64,000 nucleotides of DNA from Octopus bimaculoides (taxonomy: Eukaryota): contig NC_068985.1 in NCBI RefSeq assembly GCF_001194135.2, forward strand, positions 34,292,664 through 34,356,663. Direction: 5' to 3'. Shown here one piece after another: positions 63,495-64,000 of this stretch (the stretch's first letter is position 1; every line of letters starts with the position of its first letter). A program made the position numbers and the translations under genes. Below the pieces are notes generated by a model. The model had not been told where the DNA came from. It was given only the letters and a program-made list of their open reading frames with translations, and did not search any database.

Positions 63495-64000
63495 GTGAGC
63501 ATATAGACATTTCCTAGATGCACTTCTATTCATTAACGCATATGTTAGCAAATACCTTGGCTCATTCCTTTTTTTGAGTAGAATGTACAGTGTAATAAAA
63601 TATCTATGCATATATATATAAATAAAACTATCAAAATGTTAAATTTCCATTGCATGTATAAGAAATGTCTTGTAAACTTTCTTATGTAACTCCATACTTT
63701 TGCACCCTTCACTGATAATCCAATTCATAAACATATTTTGTAAGTTTTATTTATACAAATAAACAAAATAATTATATAACTAGTAATGAATTTACTAGAC
63801 ATTTGCTTGAAGATGAGACAAATAGTTTGGATGAGATTTTCAATGGGGAATATTATACACTGAAATGAACTGTTTTTGTTGAGGTAACCACAATGAGTCC
63901 TGCTTTTGGATACCACTAGCATGAAAATAATCTTTAAAAATCTGTCACTAGACAGATTTTTGAACAGTTTCTCTTAATGGTAACATGATTATTTTAAAAT

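Overview
AT-rich, repeat-dense eukaryotic (metazoan) scaffold with 8 N-gaps. The repeat landscape ((CAT)n-tailed RTE LINEs, tRNA-type SINEs, Penelope-like elements, long microsatellites) resembles an octopus/coleoid genome; this is inference, not a database result. One host gene spans most of the window on the + strand. It is a type I membrane immunoglobulin-superfamily protein that I assembled by hand: leader exon (ATG 4287), eight phase-1/phase-1 Ig-domain exons (5483-45076, about 743 aa, 27 N-glycosylation sequons, one GC-AG intron), a transmembrane exon (52998-53105) and two homologous 42-nt cytoplasmic micro-exons (56984-57025 and 63453-63494), one with a YDNL tyrosine motif and one with Tyr replaced by Cys. 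The 3' end lies beyond the window. The introns are filled with decayed transposons (Gypsy, RTE, CR1, R2/R4-like, Penelope-like, mariner/Tc1, pogo, Merlin, Chapaev3, Helitron, SINEs). The best second-look items are the duplicated signalling micro-exons, degenerate minimal hammerhead-ribozyme motifs behind two Penelope-like elements, and a 288-bp foldback element enclosing a near-intact hammerhead core. No prokaryotic features, rRNA, tRNA genes or CRISPR arrays were found. Transposon boundaries are approximate.
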